From Vicugna vicugna (Eukaryota), in NCBI GenBank assembly GCA_013265495.1, contig MU057781.1, positions 498,001-562,000 on the forward strand: a stretch of 64,000 bases of DNA, given 5' to 3'. Made by a program: the position numbers and the translations under genes. Below are positions 12,906-26,842 of the stretch, in pieces. The notes under the pieces are model-generated. The model saw only the letters and a program-made list of their open reading frames with translations. It searched no databases and was not told the origin of the DNA. Within the stretch, counting starts at the first letter, position 1. The number at the start of each line of letters is the position of its first letter.

Positions 12906-13458
12906 AAAAGTGAAAATCTTTGGATTTCTTCCAGTTAGCAAAAACAGGTTACTGGTATAGGTCTTTTGTAAAAATGAAGTGGCATAAAGCAGACTTTCAA
13001 CAAGTGGAGAATTCCTGTGTTTTCGCCTCCTGCCCACCTTCCACCCCTACTCATTGTCTGAATCTGTCTCAGATCCCAAATCCCACTGTCTTTCTGAGCC
13101 GCGGCTCAGCCGCTCAGCACCCAGCCCGCCTTAGGACTTGACCTTCCCTCCCGCCCAGCGCACCGTGGGGTCGGCAGTCGCCTGCGCCCAGCTTGCGCTC
13201 CAGGCTCAGCGAGCGGCTTAGGTTGTCCCTTCAACTTGCTGAAAATCAAGATACAGTAAGGTTTAGTACAGGTTCCATTTCAACCCTCTTACTAGCTGTG
13301 TGTTAACTTGGCAGGTTGCTTACCTTCTCTTCCTTGGCTGTAAAACAGGGTGCTGTTCCCTGTGACCATCACAGGGTTGTTAGGAAGATTCCAGATAACG
13401 CCAGGAGGCTTGGCCAGAGTGCTCACAGTAACTGAAAACTGTTAAAGTGCCGGTGTCT

Positions 13459-13906
13459 TTTTTTTTAATTAAAAAATGTTTACATAATTTTAAAGGTTAC
13501 TTTCCATTTCCAGTTACTACAAAATAGTGTCTGGGTTCTCTTGTGTTGTACGTACATCCTGAGCCTGTCTTACACCCGGGAGTTGTACCTCCCATTCCTC
13601 CACCCCTGTGTTCCCCTCCCCCTGATGGTAACCACTAGTTTGTTCTCTGTATCTGTGAGTCTGCTTTTTTGTTATATTCACTAATTTGCTGTGTTCTTTA
13701 GATTCCACCTGTAAGTGATGCCATACAGTATTTGTCTTTCTAGGGCTGGCTTCATTTAGCATAATGCCCTTGAAGTCCACCCACGTTGCTGCAAATGGCA
13801 AACTTTTCATTCTTTTTTACGGCTGAGTAGTACTGTGTTGTGTATATACACCATGTCTTCTTTATCCGTTCATCTGTTCATAGACACTTAGGTTGTTTCC
13901 ATGTCC
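13459..13906 (-). mobile_element. LINE-1 3' end
   Basis: T-rich tail, then L1 3'UTR; ORF 13517..13810(-) 'LPFAATWVDFKGIMLNE' matches the L1 ORF2 C-terminus. Confidence 0.85.
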
Positions 13907-14742
13907 TGTGTACTCACGTGGCTTCTACAGTCTCCATCCCACCCCGTCTTCCCCTAAATTCCTGCGTCCATTGCACAACTGTTAGTGATTTTTTCCTTTG
14001 ATGGTACACAGTAAACGTGGGGGCATTTGAGAGGCTCGTGGAGTTGACTCCCTCTCGCTTTCTTGACTTTTTCCACAGAGTCTCGAGTAATTCATTCCGT
14101 CTCAGTGGGACTTCTGCCGGCCAGAACCCACACATCACTCCAGGGAGCCAGCTAAGGAAAGGGAAGAGTGTCACAGGGGCTGGCTCTCAGCTTAGTTCCT
14201 CTGAGTGTGGACAACAGTGTCCTGAAGGGCTGCTGGCGCCGGATGTTGGAACAGAGAAACCCAGCACTGCCTCTCGAGACCCCCAGTTACACAGAGACTG
14301 GCAAGCATGTGGGCCATGGCAGCGGCTTGAGAGCGGCACACGTGGACATGGAGGAGCACCCAGGACGCGGACGGCGAGGGGAGAAGGGAAGGAAGTCGGG
14401 GCGGGGGGTAGTGTTCCAGATTGAGGGGCTTGGAGTGGAGATTGGAGAGAGCCCGGTGCATCCGGAAAACCAGTCCTGGTGTGCTGGTCTGGCAAAGAAG
14501 GGAGTGCCGTGGTGAGGGCAGACTGGCAGGCCAGAGGGAGGAACCAACGCCTTGAATTGTGGTTCGAAGTAAGTGCTCACACGTTTTAGGAGTCTAAGTA
14601 GAGGAGTGACGTCGGCGTCACAGTTTTTAGGAAGGTCCCTCTGGCCTTTGTGGGGGGGGGGCTGGGGTGAGAGTGGGGGCAGAAGCGCCCGCTCCGAAGT
14701 CACTGCAGTGATAAAGGCTGGGGATGTGAGCTTGCGCCACAT

Positions 14743-14919
14743 CAAAGGTTTCCGAACTCTTTGTAAAGGGCCAAATAGTAACATTGCAGACTTTTCAGGC
14801 CAGACTTTTCTGTGCTGCATCTTCTGAAGTGTGGACTCTGCCTTGTATCAGGAAGGCAGCCGCAGACCCCGGGAGCACAAGGGCGAGGCGCTGGGCCAGG
14901 TGGTAGTTTGCCTGCCCTG
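14743..14919. mobile_element. MER58-like hAT-Charlie MITE
   Basis: TGTAAAGGGCCAAATAGTAA...GTAGTTTGCC..CCCTG resembles MER58 ends. Confidence 0.5.
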
Positions 14920-14927
14920 TGCTAAGC

Positions 14928-16278
14928 CAGGGTCTCAAAGCCTTTTGGTTTTGTGCTCTTCATAATTTTTGAGGCCCAGGGAGTTTTTGTTGTGGGGGCT
15001 CTATCAGCACTCACTGTGATCGGAAATTAAAACAGAACAACTAAAAATGTTGTTATTTCACTTAAATAATAAATCTACTATGTGTTAACATAACGTTTTT
15101 AACGAAAAACACCTTTCCCCAACAAAAAGGCTAAGTGGCATTGTTTTGCACTTTGCAGACCTTCTCAGTGTAGGGCTTGAAGGAGACAGTTGGATTCTCA
15201 CACCTGCTTCTGCCTTCAGTCTGTTACGACTGTTTTATCAAAATACACAAAGAAAATTTCGCCTCGTACTTACATGCAGTTAGAGAAGGGAGGGCCGGTG
15301 TAATAGCCTTTTCATGCAATTATGGATGTTCTTCCTACAGCAGAATTAGACACATGGTGGTTTCTTCAAGTTTTGTTGCACTTTGGAGTCTGAAACCATA
15401 TTGCTGAATTTTCTACCCCTGTTGACATTAAAATCCGTAGTTCTGTCTTGCGCTTTGAGTGTGTCTCTTGCGAATGCAAGTGACTTGGCGGCATCACACT
15501 TGGGGCACTTGGACGTACGTGTTGGCACACAGAGTCACTCAGATCTTCTGAACGCCGATTCGTTTCTTCACACGAGGTCAGGAAAGACCAGTGCTGATCT
15601 CATCAGAGAAGCCCTGGTGGAAAACTGCCGGGGTAATAGCGGTAGGAAAGGCTCCCCCAGTCCTGGTCTCTCTTGAAAGCTTGAACTTCATCGTTGGCAG
15701 CAAATGCGCTCAGTCAACTGGTTTTCTGTGTAGTAAGGGCTCCATGTGTTCATTTTTAAGAAAATTTTTGCAAATGTCGACATCTAAACAGCTGTAATTG
15801 GTCAGTTGTTCTTTCAAATAAAAGTGGCATTCCGTGAGGGAGGGTGTGCTGGGCTGCAGCGCAGGTGGCTGCACGAGCCCGTCCTTGAGATGGCGGGGTC
15901 CCTGCGGGGGGCGGGGGGTGCGCTGCGCCAGCCTCGCCACGAGCACGTCGGGGGCACATGGAAGGCTTGGGACTGGGTAACAGTAATTCGTGTGGCTGTT
16001 CGTTGAGGCTATTCCTAAGCAGAACTGGCGTTTTTCCGTCTTGTCTCCCTGCACACGCGTGGTATGAGCAGCGGGGCTGCGGGCGCGGTTTGAGCTGCGG
16101 GCTTTGTGCTGAGACACCAGCAGCTTCAGCCCCCGTTGCCTTTGCTCATCCACGCAGGTGGCAGCGCAGTGACATTGGCAGGTGAGGTATTGGCAGGTGA
16201 AGTAGCGTTAACCTCGTGGACCTCTGCGTGGTTCTTGAGAGTCCCCAGGGGTCTACAGACCACACTCAGAGAACTGCT
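14928..16278. mobile_element. Charlie1-like hAT DNA transposon fossil
   Basis: Starts CAGGGTCTCAAAG..TTTTGGT and ends CCCCAGGGGTCTACAGACCACACT.AGAGAACTGCT, like Charlie1 termini; no intact transposase. Confidence 0.6.
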
Positions 16279-19200
16279 TTAAGGCGCGCTGTTAGCAACA
16301 AGAATGCAGAGCAGGGCAGATCTCGGGATGAACTGTCCCCTCTCATCTTTACTGGATTTCATTGTTTTTGTCTCAAAAAGCAAAAGGAGAGCGTTTATTA
16401 TTTAAGTCGAACGGTGAGACATGAAGAGAGTGGCAGTGGGAGCCCTCCTCAGGCAGCTGCTCCTAGCGGCTTGTGTGTGTTTTCTAGACCGTTTCCTATT
16501 CATTTATCTGTGTGTTTTTGCTTTAAAATTTAGCTTGTGTATAAGCAGCGGTTTCTGAGTTCCTTGCACAGCATGAGCACACTGAACACCGCTTTGCAGC
16601 TCGCTCGCCCGCATCACCGTGCAGGATTGGAGGCGTGCGGTGGCCCGGCCTTCCGCTGAGCTGGGCGGCTGCTTGAGCCCAGCTGCCCCTCGCCTTGGGC
16701 CCTTGGGGTACAAGTGCCACGGTTACTTTTGTTTACAAAGGAGAGCTTGAGTCTCAGGGAGAGGGAGTCCCTTGTCCAAGCACGTGGAGCTGGTGGTGCT
16801 GCAGGCAGGTCTCCTGGCCGCGGGGCCGCTGGGCTCTGGTCTTGGGACTTCCCTCACCGTTGCCAGGATGTCAGATCCCCTGTCGTCTTTTCTCTTGGTT
16901 TGTTCTCATCTTGCCAAATTGTATCTTCCAGTTTGAACCCACAAAAGGGTTTTTTGTGGTCATTCTTGCTCTTTGCATGTATGAAAACGTCTTTACTCTA
17001 CCCTCAAGCTTGACTGAGAATTTGGCTGGGTATAGAATTTCAGGTTGAAAATTACTTTTCCTGCGTCTTACGTGATGCCGTCTAAGTCCTTCTGCGTGTG
17101 TGTGACCTGTTTGTTCTTTCCCTTCTGCCCTCAGCCCCGTGGGTCAGAGCGCTGCTCTGGGGCGGGGCCTCTTCCTTAGGGGTGCTGGGCCCCTTGTGCC
17201 CAGACAGCCTCGATACGCTCGTGTCCATTCTGGGAGATGTGTCCTACCCTGTGATGGCTTTTCCCTTCCTTTCTTCTGTCATCTTGCTGGAACCTGTTAC
17301 CGGGGGATGGGCGGCCTGGTCCTGCCCTCTGATGATTCTGGCCCTCCTGTTGCCCGCCTCTTTGTCATTTTCTTCTACCCTTTGGAAGAGGTCTTGAGGT
17401 TTTAAATTACCACTGTTACCCTTTGAATTTCGAAGAGCACTCCTTGTTTGTGCTTGCTCGCGCCCTGCTGCTGTCCCCTAAGGGTGTTGCTGGGCGCGAT
17501 AGCTTCCTGCCCCCATGGCCAAGCTGAGTGTGTGCCGCGCCCAGCGCCCGCTCCGTGGGCTGCAGTGGGGCTCACTGGTCAACACCGCGGCGTGCTTGCT
17601 CAGGACAGCAGCTGGCAGGTGCGCAGGCCTCGGCCGACACTGGTGGCACCGTCACTCATTAGGGGTCAGCTCCCTGCAAACAGCAGGCGTCCTGTCTGTG
17701 ACTTTGCTGGTGCGCTGCCCCCTTCCGTCCAGGTTCCTGCTCAGTGCTGGGTCTTCTGTCCTGGGCCTTTAGATCCTGAGCTGTTGGTTCTTGTTGAAGT
17801 TGGAGCCACGTTGGAGCAGAGAGGCAGTTCTGTGGGCAGGGGTTTTTCAGTGGAGGGCTTTCCTGTGGTGGGTCCTTTCCTTGGACCTCAAGTGTTTGAC
17901 TCCTGAGGCCTTTTCTCCTGGCTCTGGGCATTTTGGAGAGGACCCCTTGTGGAAACATCCACTCCTAACAGCCAGCATTCAGGAAGCCATAGTGGAGGGG
18001 CAGCGTGTGCCCTGGCCTGACAGGACGGGGCCTGGCTTGGGGGCCCAGCAGTTCTGGGAACAGACTTCCCGCCATCCCCAGGCCCCACAGCTGGCATGGA
18101 GCTTGCCCAAGGCCGTCGGTGCGTTGAGACGTTGGCCCCGTGCACACCCAGACTCTCCCCAGTCAGTCTCCACTCTCCAGCCCCTTGCCGTCATCCACAG
18201 CGTCCACTGAAGCCTGCTCACACTTGCTGCCTTGTGGACAGATGCCCTTTCAGTCTCCTGACCCCTTAGCGAGCAGGATGGGAAGGGAAGGAGTGGGCCC
18301 TGGGCGCCGTCCCACGCATGGCTGAGAGGCTGGGATGTTCCCGGGGGCTGCTAAGCATTCCTCACAGGCTTTCGAGGAGGATCTGAGTGGGCAGTGGTGG
18401 GCTCTGCATCAGCCAGGGACCAGCTTGCAGCAGAGTGCTTCATGGCGGGCGGTTCGCACCAGGAGAAGGCGTCTCACTCTGGTGACACGGGCACCCGGTG
18501 CCAGCAGCACGGCTGGAGGGGTGGTCTGTGCTGTGCGTAGGGCACCAGGCTCTTGGGCAGGACAGAGGGCAGAACTGGGTTACGCTCTGTCCTTGGTGCT
18601 TGTGAAACCCAGCTCAGTGTCCTCTGTCAGCACCACATTTATGCTCCGGCATCCACAGTACTGCCAGATGAAATTCATGCTGGTCGTTTTAATGCTCTTC
18701 ATCTTGTAGTTTTGTTGGTATTTGGCTTGTATATTTTGATTTCAAAGCTCTTCTAAACTCTACAGAGGGCTTTCTAATTTTAGTTTCATACATACTTACG
18801 TAGCTAATGAAAAAAATTTCTCACCACTGGCACTCATAGAGTTTCTCTTTTAAAAGATTCACTCCATTTTAATTAAGTGTGAAAATCACTGACAGCTAGA
18901 ATTCCATTAATTATATAATATTGTGCACCCCTTGGGTATAAATGACACAGATTTTTAGTCCCTTTTAGTCCAATACAGAATAGTTTCACTTAAGCAAATA
19001 GGTTATTTCAGGTAATTTAATTTAAAAAGTGACACTTGTAGCAAGAAGCCTAATTGTTTTCCCAAGGCTAACAGAAGACTAAGAGAAAAAGAAGTCCCAG
19101 GCTGTAGAATTTTACAGTGTTTTTAAATGTCAGTAAACAGTACCAGGGCAGTAAGAACTTCATTTGCAGGAGGGATATCATACATTAACCAATAAATGTT

Positions 19201-20348
19201 TGTGCAGACCTTTGCGAATGGCGTTATATTATGGCCGCTTTTCTGGGGAGTCCTTCAGGTGGTTACAACTTTTGGATCCATTTCTTATTAGTAGGTAAGT
19301 TGTTCATAGTAGCCATTTAGCAGTATTTGTCTTAACACTTCCGACCTCAATGGCACTGTGGCCTGCGCACCACAGAGAGGTCACTCTCGTGTGCCAGTAG
19401 GACCCGCCCTTTGAGCCGGGGCGCAGTGACGATGGGTTTGTAATGATCCGTCCCTTCCTTGGAGCAGCCAGAGAGATTTTCTGCGGCAGCTGACTGAGGA
19501 TGAGAGTCCAGTTGTGGTCAGAAAACCGGCTGCACCAGCCCTTTGGGAAACCAGACCCGTGCCTTTGTTCCATCAGTGCTCAGCGAAGCTGAGCTATCGA
19601 GAAAGCAGGTTTCCTCTGAAGTCTGTCGCGGGGTATTTGTCTCTGTCGTAAATCCAGCTCCGGTTCCCCTAACTGAAGTGTTAGCCTTAGGACGACTGAG
19701 GACGTTTCCAGGCTTGGCTTTGTTCTTTGAGCCCTGTGGCCTCTGCCCCCAGCGCGCTGACGTCCGGATCTTTGTGCTGCTGGTGTCAGGGATCTCGAGT
19801 GTCTGACCGGCAGTGCCCCGCTAGGTAGCAGTGTCATTGTCAGTGACGGTGACGTTATCCAGACAGTGAGGTAGAACTTGTACTGTCTGTGATGTTATTT
19901 TGTACAGAAGCCAACCAGTTACCACACTGAATAAAACGTTTCTGCTGATATTATGTAAGAATCAGGTTTATTTTTAAAGGTCTATCAGGCATGCGTTATA
20001 AAATGAGGCAGCAGTCTTATTGAGCCAAGTTTTTTTGTTTTTTTTTCCAAAGTTAATTTCTGAGTTTCAGCCCCGTTTCCTTGTCCCCGGACGCCCCAGT
20101 CTGGGTGACTCCGAGTGCCAGGGGCTGGGCTTTAGCTCAGTGACCCACGAACCCACGTGGGCTCTCGGCTCCAGAACCAGCAGGCGGCTGCTTCGTAATT
20201 ACAGGTTTTCCGTGAAAATTTTGCTTCATCCAGGGAGAAAATTTTGTATGTGTTTATCTTTTTTTTGATCCTTTCTGTTGATTTTTTATGTTTGTTGTAA
20301 ATCCTCTCAAAAATCATAACCTGGTAAGTTGCTTCTGTGTTTTGACAG

Positions 20349-20445
20349 CTGATACCATCTCAACCGTCGAGTTTAATGACCCTGGGGATCTTCTTGCGAC
20401 AGGAGACAAGGGCAGCAGAATTGTTATCTTCCACGGGAACCGGAG
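20349..20445 (+). pseudogene. PPP2R2D: PPP2R2D exon 3 remnant (97 nt, expected 98)
   Basis: TTGACAG|(A)[27 protein letters not shown], then a 1-nt deletion (CAG>CA, near 20433), then |GTCAGT. Confidence 0.92.
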
Positions 20446-21766
20446 GTCAGTGATGTGCAGCCCACAGCCAGGCGGGGCCGTTCGGCTGGTCTGTCGCTTA
20501 GGAGGAAGGAGCCCAGGTCTCTCTCAGTCTGTGGTTCGGTTTGGAGTCTGTTACGTATGTTAACCACGTGGAACCTTCTGGGATTTATCTCTGGTGAGCG
20601 GGAAGACCTGTGTTTCAGCTCACGGACATCCCAGCAGCAAGCCTGCTCAGGTCCCCCGGGCCTCCTCTGTGGGGTGGAGGAGAGTCCTGGCCCCATCCGC
20701 AGGCGGGCACAGGTGGTGGTAAGGAGCAGGTGAAGGGTGTGGCCTGGTGGGTTCTGGATTTACGTGCTTTCATCCTGTAGGGAGTGAAAGCGGCTGTGTG
20801 GAAGGCCCTGAGCAGCCTGCAGAGGTGCCGGCCTGCCCCGTGGCCCAGGGCTGCCATGCGCAGTGGGGCACAGGGGAGTCGGGATGTGTGCGGGGCCAGA
20901 AAGCCTCCCGCCCTCGCTCCGTAGTAGTCAGGGATGAGCACCACCCACTCCCCAGCCCTGGAGGGAGCCCGCACCATCGAGGACACTCCCTCACACACGC
21001 TGGTGTTCGGGTCCTGCCTGGGGCCGGGGGAGGGGATAAACCCTTGTTTCTCAGTTATGCGTGGGAGGAGGGTGGGGACAGGGCAGCCTTGCTGGTGAGC
21101 CTCCGTGTGTTCCAACAGCGGGGGGCAGGCCCAGGGCAGGAGTGCAGGTGCCAGGCCTGGCACTTCTCTGAAGTGTGTGTCCTGCCGTCTCCCCGACAGA
21201 CTCATAGGCAGAGTCCCTTGCCTTCCAGGCTGCTCCCTGGCAGGCCAGTGGGCAGCTGCTTTCTCACCTCCTGGCTGTGGTAAGGCTGGCATAGGGCGCG
21301 GGGGCCCTGCTCTCCTGCGGGGACAGGGCAGCAGGTGCCGGCCCTGCCGCCAGGGAGCGCTCAGGGCCCGAGCACCTCAGCGTTACAGTAGGCCCACTGC
21401 AGCTCTCATTCCGATTGTGTCCGTGTAAATTACCCTTTTTCTTCAATTCTGTTTGTTCTGATTTGGGGTGGTAAGAATTCTTCTGTGAATGTTACGTGTA
21501 TTATCATTAATCCTTCCAAAGCTTCACACTTTGATTTGTTTATAATTCTGCGATCTTATCTTGGAGGTGTATTTTTACACGGTGCTGCTTCGTATACTTT
21601 GCCCTTTCCGTCAGAAGTGAACGTGGGTAGTGGTGTTTGAATGTTACTTTTAGCAGAAGGATTACTTAACAGGTATCTGAGCCAAAGCTGGCTTAATTAA
21701 GAGATCACTTTTAGCTCCTTAAAGTTTGCTATTTTAATGATGCCCTTACAGAAAATGAAATTTTTA

Positions 21767-21841
21767 GGGGGATGAGTATAGCTCAGAGGTGGAGTGCATG
21801 CTTGCCAGGTTCAGTCCCCAGTGCCTCCATTTAAAAAAAAA
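21767..21841 (+). mobile_element. Internally deleted Vic-1-like SINE
   Basis: GTATAGCTCAG...GGTTCAGTCCCCAGTGCCTCC plus poly-A; 14-bp TSD AGAAAATGAAATTT at 21750-21763 and 21842-21855. Confidence 0.85.
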
Positions 21842-23549
21842 AGAAAATGAAATTTGTCTTGTTTTTGTGGGTCATGGTTTAAAGCTAAAAAAAAATTGTT
21901 AGCCTCAAATATGGACTAGATCATTTTCAAGCCCAAGCATTCTGCCATGAGATGGTGAGTGCTGTAGTTTCGAGAAGCTGTCATTAAGTGTTCCGTGAAG
22001 GTGTATTAAGTCGAGATTGTGACAGACATGTACAACAGCAGGTCCCTAAAGTTGTTTAGATTTGATAAACCTAACCGACTGCAACTTAATAAGCCCTGGG
22101 CAGCTTTTTCCTTCATCTTTTCCTTCATATTTTGGTTAATATAAAAAGAGCTTTTGTATTGCATCTGCCTTTAAAGTATGTTAGTGGTTGCTGTGTAATC
22201 CTCGTTATGGTCGTGAAGTTTCCAGTGTGGACAGTGTATAAACGTACTATCTTTTCATTCGCAATTGAGAAACAGCTGCTGGTGGCGCAGCAGTGCCAGG
22301 GTGGGCCTGGGCCACAGCGGTCTGTCCGCAGTGACGCAGAGGTCTCGGGGGTGGAGACTCGTGTCTGGGGGCTCGAGGAAGTGGGGAGGGTTGCCGACAG
22401 GTGGAGCAGTGCCTGCTCGGCTGGGGAAGTGCAGGGCGTGAGGTGGAGAGGGAGCCACTGGCAGCTTCTGGCCAGGCTAGGGGGAGCGTGGGGGCAGAGT
22501 TAGCAGTGTGCTTTGGGGGCTTTTTTCCATGTTAGTGGCAGGGCCCTCTGTCCAGGGACCCCAGTGTGAGTCAGTCTGGGGCGAGCAGAGTCACAGACAT
22601 GGCTCTGTGCCCCACCCTCAGAGCTCAGTCTTGCAGGGCCTATGCATCGGGACCCCCAGGGTCTGCAGCTCCCACCCCTCTGCAGAATGCCTTCTCTCTG
22701 AATGGTGCGTCCAGTCACATCAGAGTGTCACAGAGGCCAGCACACCTGAACACAGCTGGGCTGCCCTGCCCCTTCCTCTGGGCACTCAGCTCGGGTGGGC
22801 GGCCTCCGCAGCTTCACTCTGCTGTGTCCCAGTGGGCCTTCCTCTGCTCACCTTTTCTGTTCCTACCACTCCCTGGACAGCATGAAGAACCCCACCGCCC
22901 ACAAGTCCTTGGGAGCCGACTGAGGGCGTGGACAAGGGCGGGGGAGCAGTTGCCTTGGGTTGGGTCTGGGGTGGAGGGGGTTCCCAGGGAGGCTGCAGGG
23001 CCAAGGCTGCAACGCGCTTCCCCTGTACGTTCATGTCCTGGGCCTGACTGATGCCACAGAGTGTCCCTTTGCAGCATTTCAGTCTTGTTTTGTTCATCTG
23101 TGGGCTAGAAGCATCTGTTGGTATATCGTGCTTTCTCACAGAGGGTGAGGGTGGTGCAGGGGAGAGTGGTCTGAGCGTTAACCACCGACAGAGCATGCGC
23201 ACGGGGGGCACGTGACCCTGGGCAGCGAAGTGCAGCAGAGACGTGTGGGTGGTTTGGGGGACTTTTCTCATAATAGGTGATCTTCATTCAGACGCGTAAA
23301 GAGGTTATGTATCTAGGAATAAATGTGATTTGTCTAGCTCAATTTCTTCAACATACTCTAATGTGTTAAAAATGTACAATTTTAGATACTGGTTATAGAG
23401 CAAGAGTTAAAATCCTGGTCTCCTTGATTTTTAATTATGGAATACTTCATAGAAAATGTCATTTTGGACATAGAGAAGATTTCAGAGATTAATATAGATA
23501 CACTTATGAACCCACCACCCAGCTTTTTATTCCTTTATAAAAGAAAACC

Positions 23550-25420
23550 CTAATTGAAGACGACATAAACATGGAAAGGTATACTGTGCTCTTGGATTGA
23601 AAGAATTGATATTGTTAAAATGGCCATACTACCCAAGGCAATGTGCAGATAAATCCCAAACTGTCAGTGACATTTTTCATAGAGCTGGAACAAAACCATT
23701 TTTAATTTGTATGGAAACACAAAAGACCCCAAATGGCCAAAACAGTCTTGAGAAAGAAGAACAGAGCTGGAGGAATCATGCTCCCTGACTTCAGACTATA
23801 CTACAGAGCTACAGTCATCCACACAGTGTGGTGCTGGCACAAAAGCAGATACACAGGTCTGTGAAGCACAATAAATAGTCCAGAAACAAACGCACGCACT
23901 TATGGTCAGTTAATTAATTAACAACAAAGGAGGCAAGAATATACAGTGGAGAAAAGACAGTCTCTTCAACAAGTGGTGCTGGGAAACCTGGACAGTCAGC
24001 TAGTAAAAGAATGGAATTAAAACGTTCTCTAACACCATATACAAACATAAACTCAGGGTGGATTAAAGACCTAAATGGAAGATCAGAAACTACAAAAATC
24101 CTACAGGAAAACAGGCAGAACACTCCTCAACATAAATGTCAGCGATTTTTGTTTTGAGCCAGCTCCTAGAGTAATGGAAGTAAAAGCAAAAGTAAGCAAA
24201 TGGGACCTAATTGAACTTAAAAGCTTTTGCACAGCAAAGGAAACCATAAGCAAAACGAAAAGACAACATACAGAGTGGGAGAAAATATTTGCAAGTCACA
24301 TAACCGACAAGGGACTGTTTTCCAAAATACACAACAGCTTATACCGCTTGATGTCGAGAAAACAAACAGCCCAGTCACAAAAAGGACAGAAGACCCAAAC
24401 AGGCATTTCTCCAGAGAAGACAGTCAGATGGCCAGCAGGCACATGAGAAGACGCTCAGTATCGCTAATTTTTAGAGACTGCAAATCAAAACTGCAGTGAC
24501 GTTACCATCTCACACCAGTCAGAATGGCCGTCATCAAAAAGTCTTCAAACACATGCTGGAGAGGGTGTGGAGAAAGGGGGGCCCTCCTACACTCGTGGTG
24601 GTGAAAATGGATGCAGCCACTGTAGAGAACAGTATAGCGGTTCCTTGAAAAACTAAAATAGATTCACCATGTGATCCAGCAATAACACTCCTGGGTGTCC
24701 ATCTGGAGGGAACTCTGATTTGAAAAGGCATGTGCGGGAGGGTATAGCTCCGTGCTGGAGTGCGTGCTTAACATGCACGGGGTCCTGGGTTCAGTCCCCA
24801 GTATCCCTGTTAAAAATAAATAAATAAATAAGCCTAATTACCCCCCAAAAAAAATTGAAAAGGAAAGACACATGCACCCCAGTGTTCACAGCAGCACTGT
24901 TTACAACAGCCCAGGCAGGCAGCGAAGCAGCCTCAGCAGATGACTGGATAAAGAAGATGTGGTGTATTTATACAACGGAGTACTACTGCTCAGCAGTAAA
25001 TAAAATAATGCCATTTGCAGCATGGATGGACTGAGAGATTATCATACTAAATGAAGTAAGATGGAGAAAGACAGGTATATGATATCACTTGTATGTGGAA
25101 TCTAAAAAATGAATGATACAAATTCCATTTGTAAACCCCAAACAGACTCATGGACATAGAAAACAAGCTATAGTTACCAAAGGGGAAAGGGCGGGGAGGG
25201 ATAAATTAGGGGTTGAGGATTAACAGACACATGTTACTATGTATAAAATAGATAAACAAGGACCTGCTGCGGAGCACCGGGAACTATATTCAGTTTCTTG
25301 TAGTAACATAATGGAAAAGCGTCTGGAGAGACTGTATGTATGTGGCTGAATAGCTCTGCTGTGCACCTGAAACTAACCTTGTAACACAATTACTCTTCAA
25401 TAAGAAATTTAAAAACAACA
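23550..25420 (+). mobile_element. 5'-truncated LINE-1 (ORF2 3' half and 3'UTR) in intron 3
   Basis: ORF 24075..24446 'KWDLIELKSFCTAKETISKTKRQHTEWEKIFA' is L1 ORF2; ends in an A-rich tail. Confidence 0.93.
24735..24855 (+). mobile_element. Vic-1-like SINE nested in the L1
   Basis: GGGAGGGTATAGCTC...GGGTTCAGTCCCCAG plus (TAAA)n tail; TTGAAAAGG repeated on both flanks. Confidence 0.8.
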
Positions 25421-26171
25421 GCCCTGGGCACACTGATGAAGCCCCCGGTGTGCCCTTCCCCCGTTTTGTCTTTCCATGTCACTCCCAAATCTTAATTCAT
25501 TATCCCTCTACCTTCCCAGAGTGGGTTGTTAGGTGGTTTCTGTTTTCACTACAGTGTATGGGGGGGTTGTGTGTGCGTGCGTGCGTGTGTGAATTCCCTC
25601 GAGAGGGCGCTTGCTGTGGGTGGGTATCTTGCTGCTCCTGCAGGTGCTGCAGAGTTGCCCGCGCTGTTCAGTTCATCGTCACTGCTGTGTGGTGCTCATT
25701 CGGGACTGCTGGTTAGCCCCCCTTGCTGGTGGTGCGAGCGTGTGTTGGCTGGCTGGCACAGCTGCTGGTGACGTGTGTGTCCCCATGGCTCGCTCCTGGA
25801 GAACGCTGGCCGGCCAGCACGCTCTCCACGGGGCCGGCCTGCAGCCGTGCCCACCTCTGTGGGCCCTGCAGCCTCCCTCAGAGCCGCCCCACCGCGCCCA
25901 GGTGGCGCAGAGGCGGCCAGGGCCAGTGCGCCCCCCGGGGAGGAGCCCCGCCTGTCCCAGAGAGCGGGCGCCCAGCAGTGGGGGGGCGGGGCTGGGAGTC
26001 GGCTTCCTTCTTTGTTTCCTCCCAGTAAAGTAATTCTGAGTGTCCGCGCGACAGTTTTTGGACAGGATTTTTGCTAACTTTTAAAATTGTGTGATTTGAT
26101 GCTGAAATTGGTACCATATGTTTCTCTGCACCGTGCTTTGTTTATTAAAGCAGTTTCATGTTTCCTTGCAG

Positions 26172-26337
26172 AATAAAAGCCGCCCTCACTCTATGGGAGA
26201 ATTCAAAGTCTACAGTACCTGTCAAAGTCACAGACCAGAGTTTGACTGTTTGAAAAGTCTAGAAATTGAGGGAAAAATTAATAAAATTGGATGGTTACCG
26301 CAACAGAATGCTGCTCACTTTCTGCTTTCTGCACATG
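26172..26337 (+). pseudogene. PPP2R2D: PPP2R2D exon 4 (166 nt, length intact, many missense changes)
   Basis: [66 protein letters not shown]. Confidence 0.95.
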
Positions 26338-26729
26338 GTAAGAGGTATTTTTTTCCCCAGTGGCTGTTTGGTTTAGCATTTTATTTTTAACTTTCTGTGT
26401 GTAGATCCCTTCTTACTTTAACCCTTCCTGGAAGTTATTTCTGCTTTGAGCTTCGGGGTGGGGGAGGGTGAATGACCTGCTGGGTAGCAGGAGGTAGGTT
26501 GAAAGCTCAGCGCATACACACGCACATCCTCGCAGCACTACGTTTCTGTGTGTTTCTTCGTCTTTACTGACTGCAGAAGACAGTATTTGTAACTGGAAAC
26601 ACTAACGTGCAGATACTCCTGGCCTGGGAACCGACGTGGAACCTCAGAGTTCTTAGCAGAATACTCAGCTGATAGTGGAACATGATGTGGTTTTTCTTTT
26701 ACTATAGAGAAGGAGGTTTCTGTTTTCAG

Positions 26730-26842
26730 ATAAAACTATTAAATTATGGAAAAGAAGTGAATGGGATAAAAGAGCAGAAGGTCACAACTTGAAGGATGAA
26801 GATGGACGACTTCGAGACCCATTCAGAATTACAGCACTCCGG
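26730..26842 (+). pseudogene. PPP2R2D: PPP2R2D exon 5 (113 nt)
   Basis: TTTCAG|(D)[43 protein letters not shown]. Confidence 0.95.
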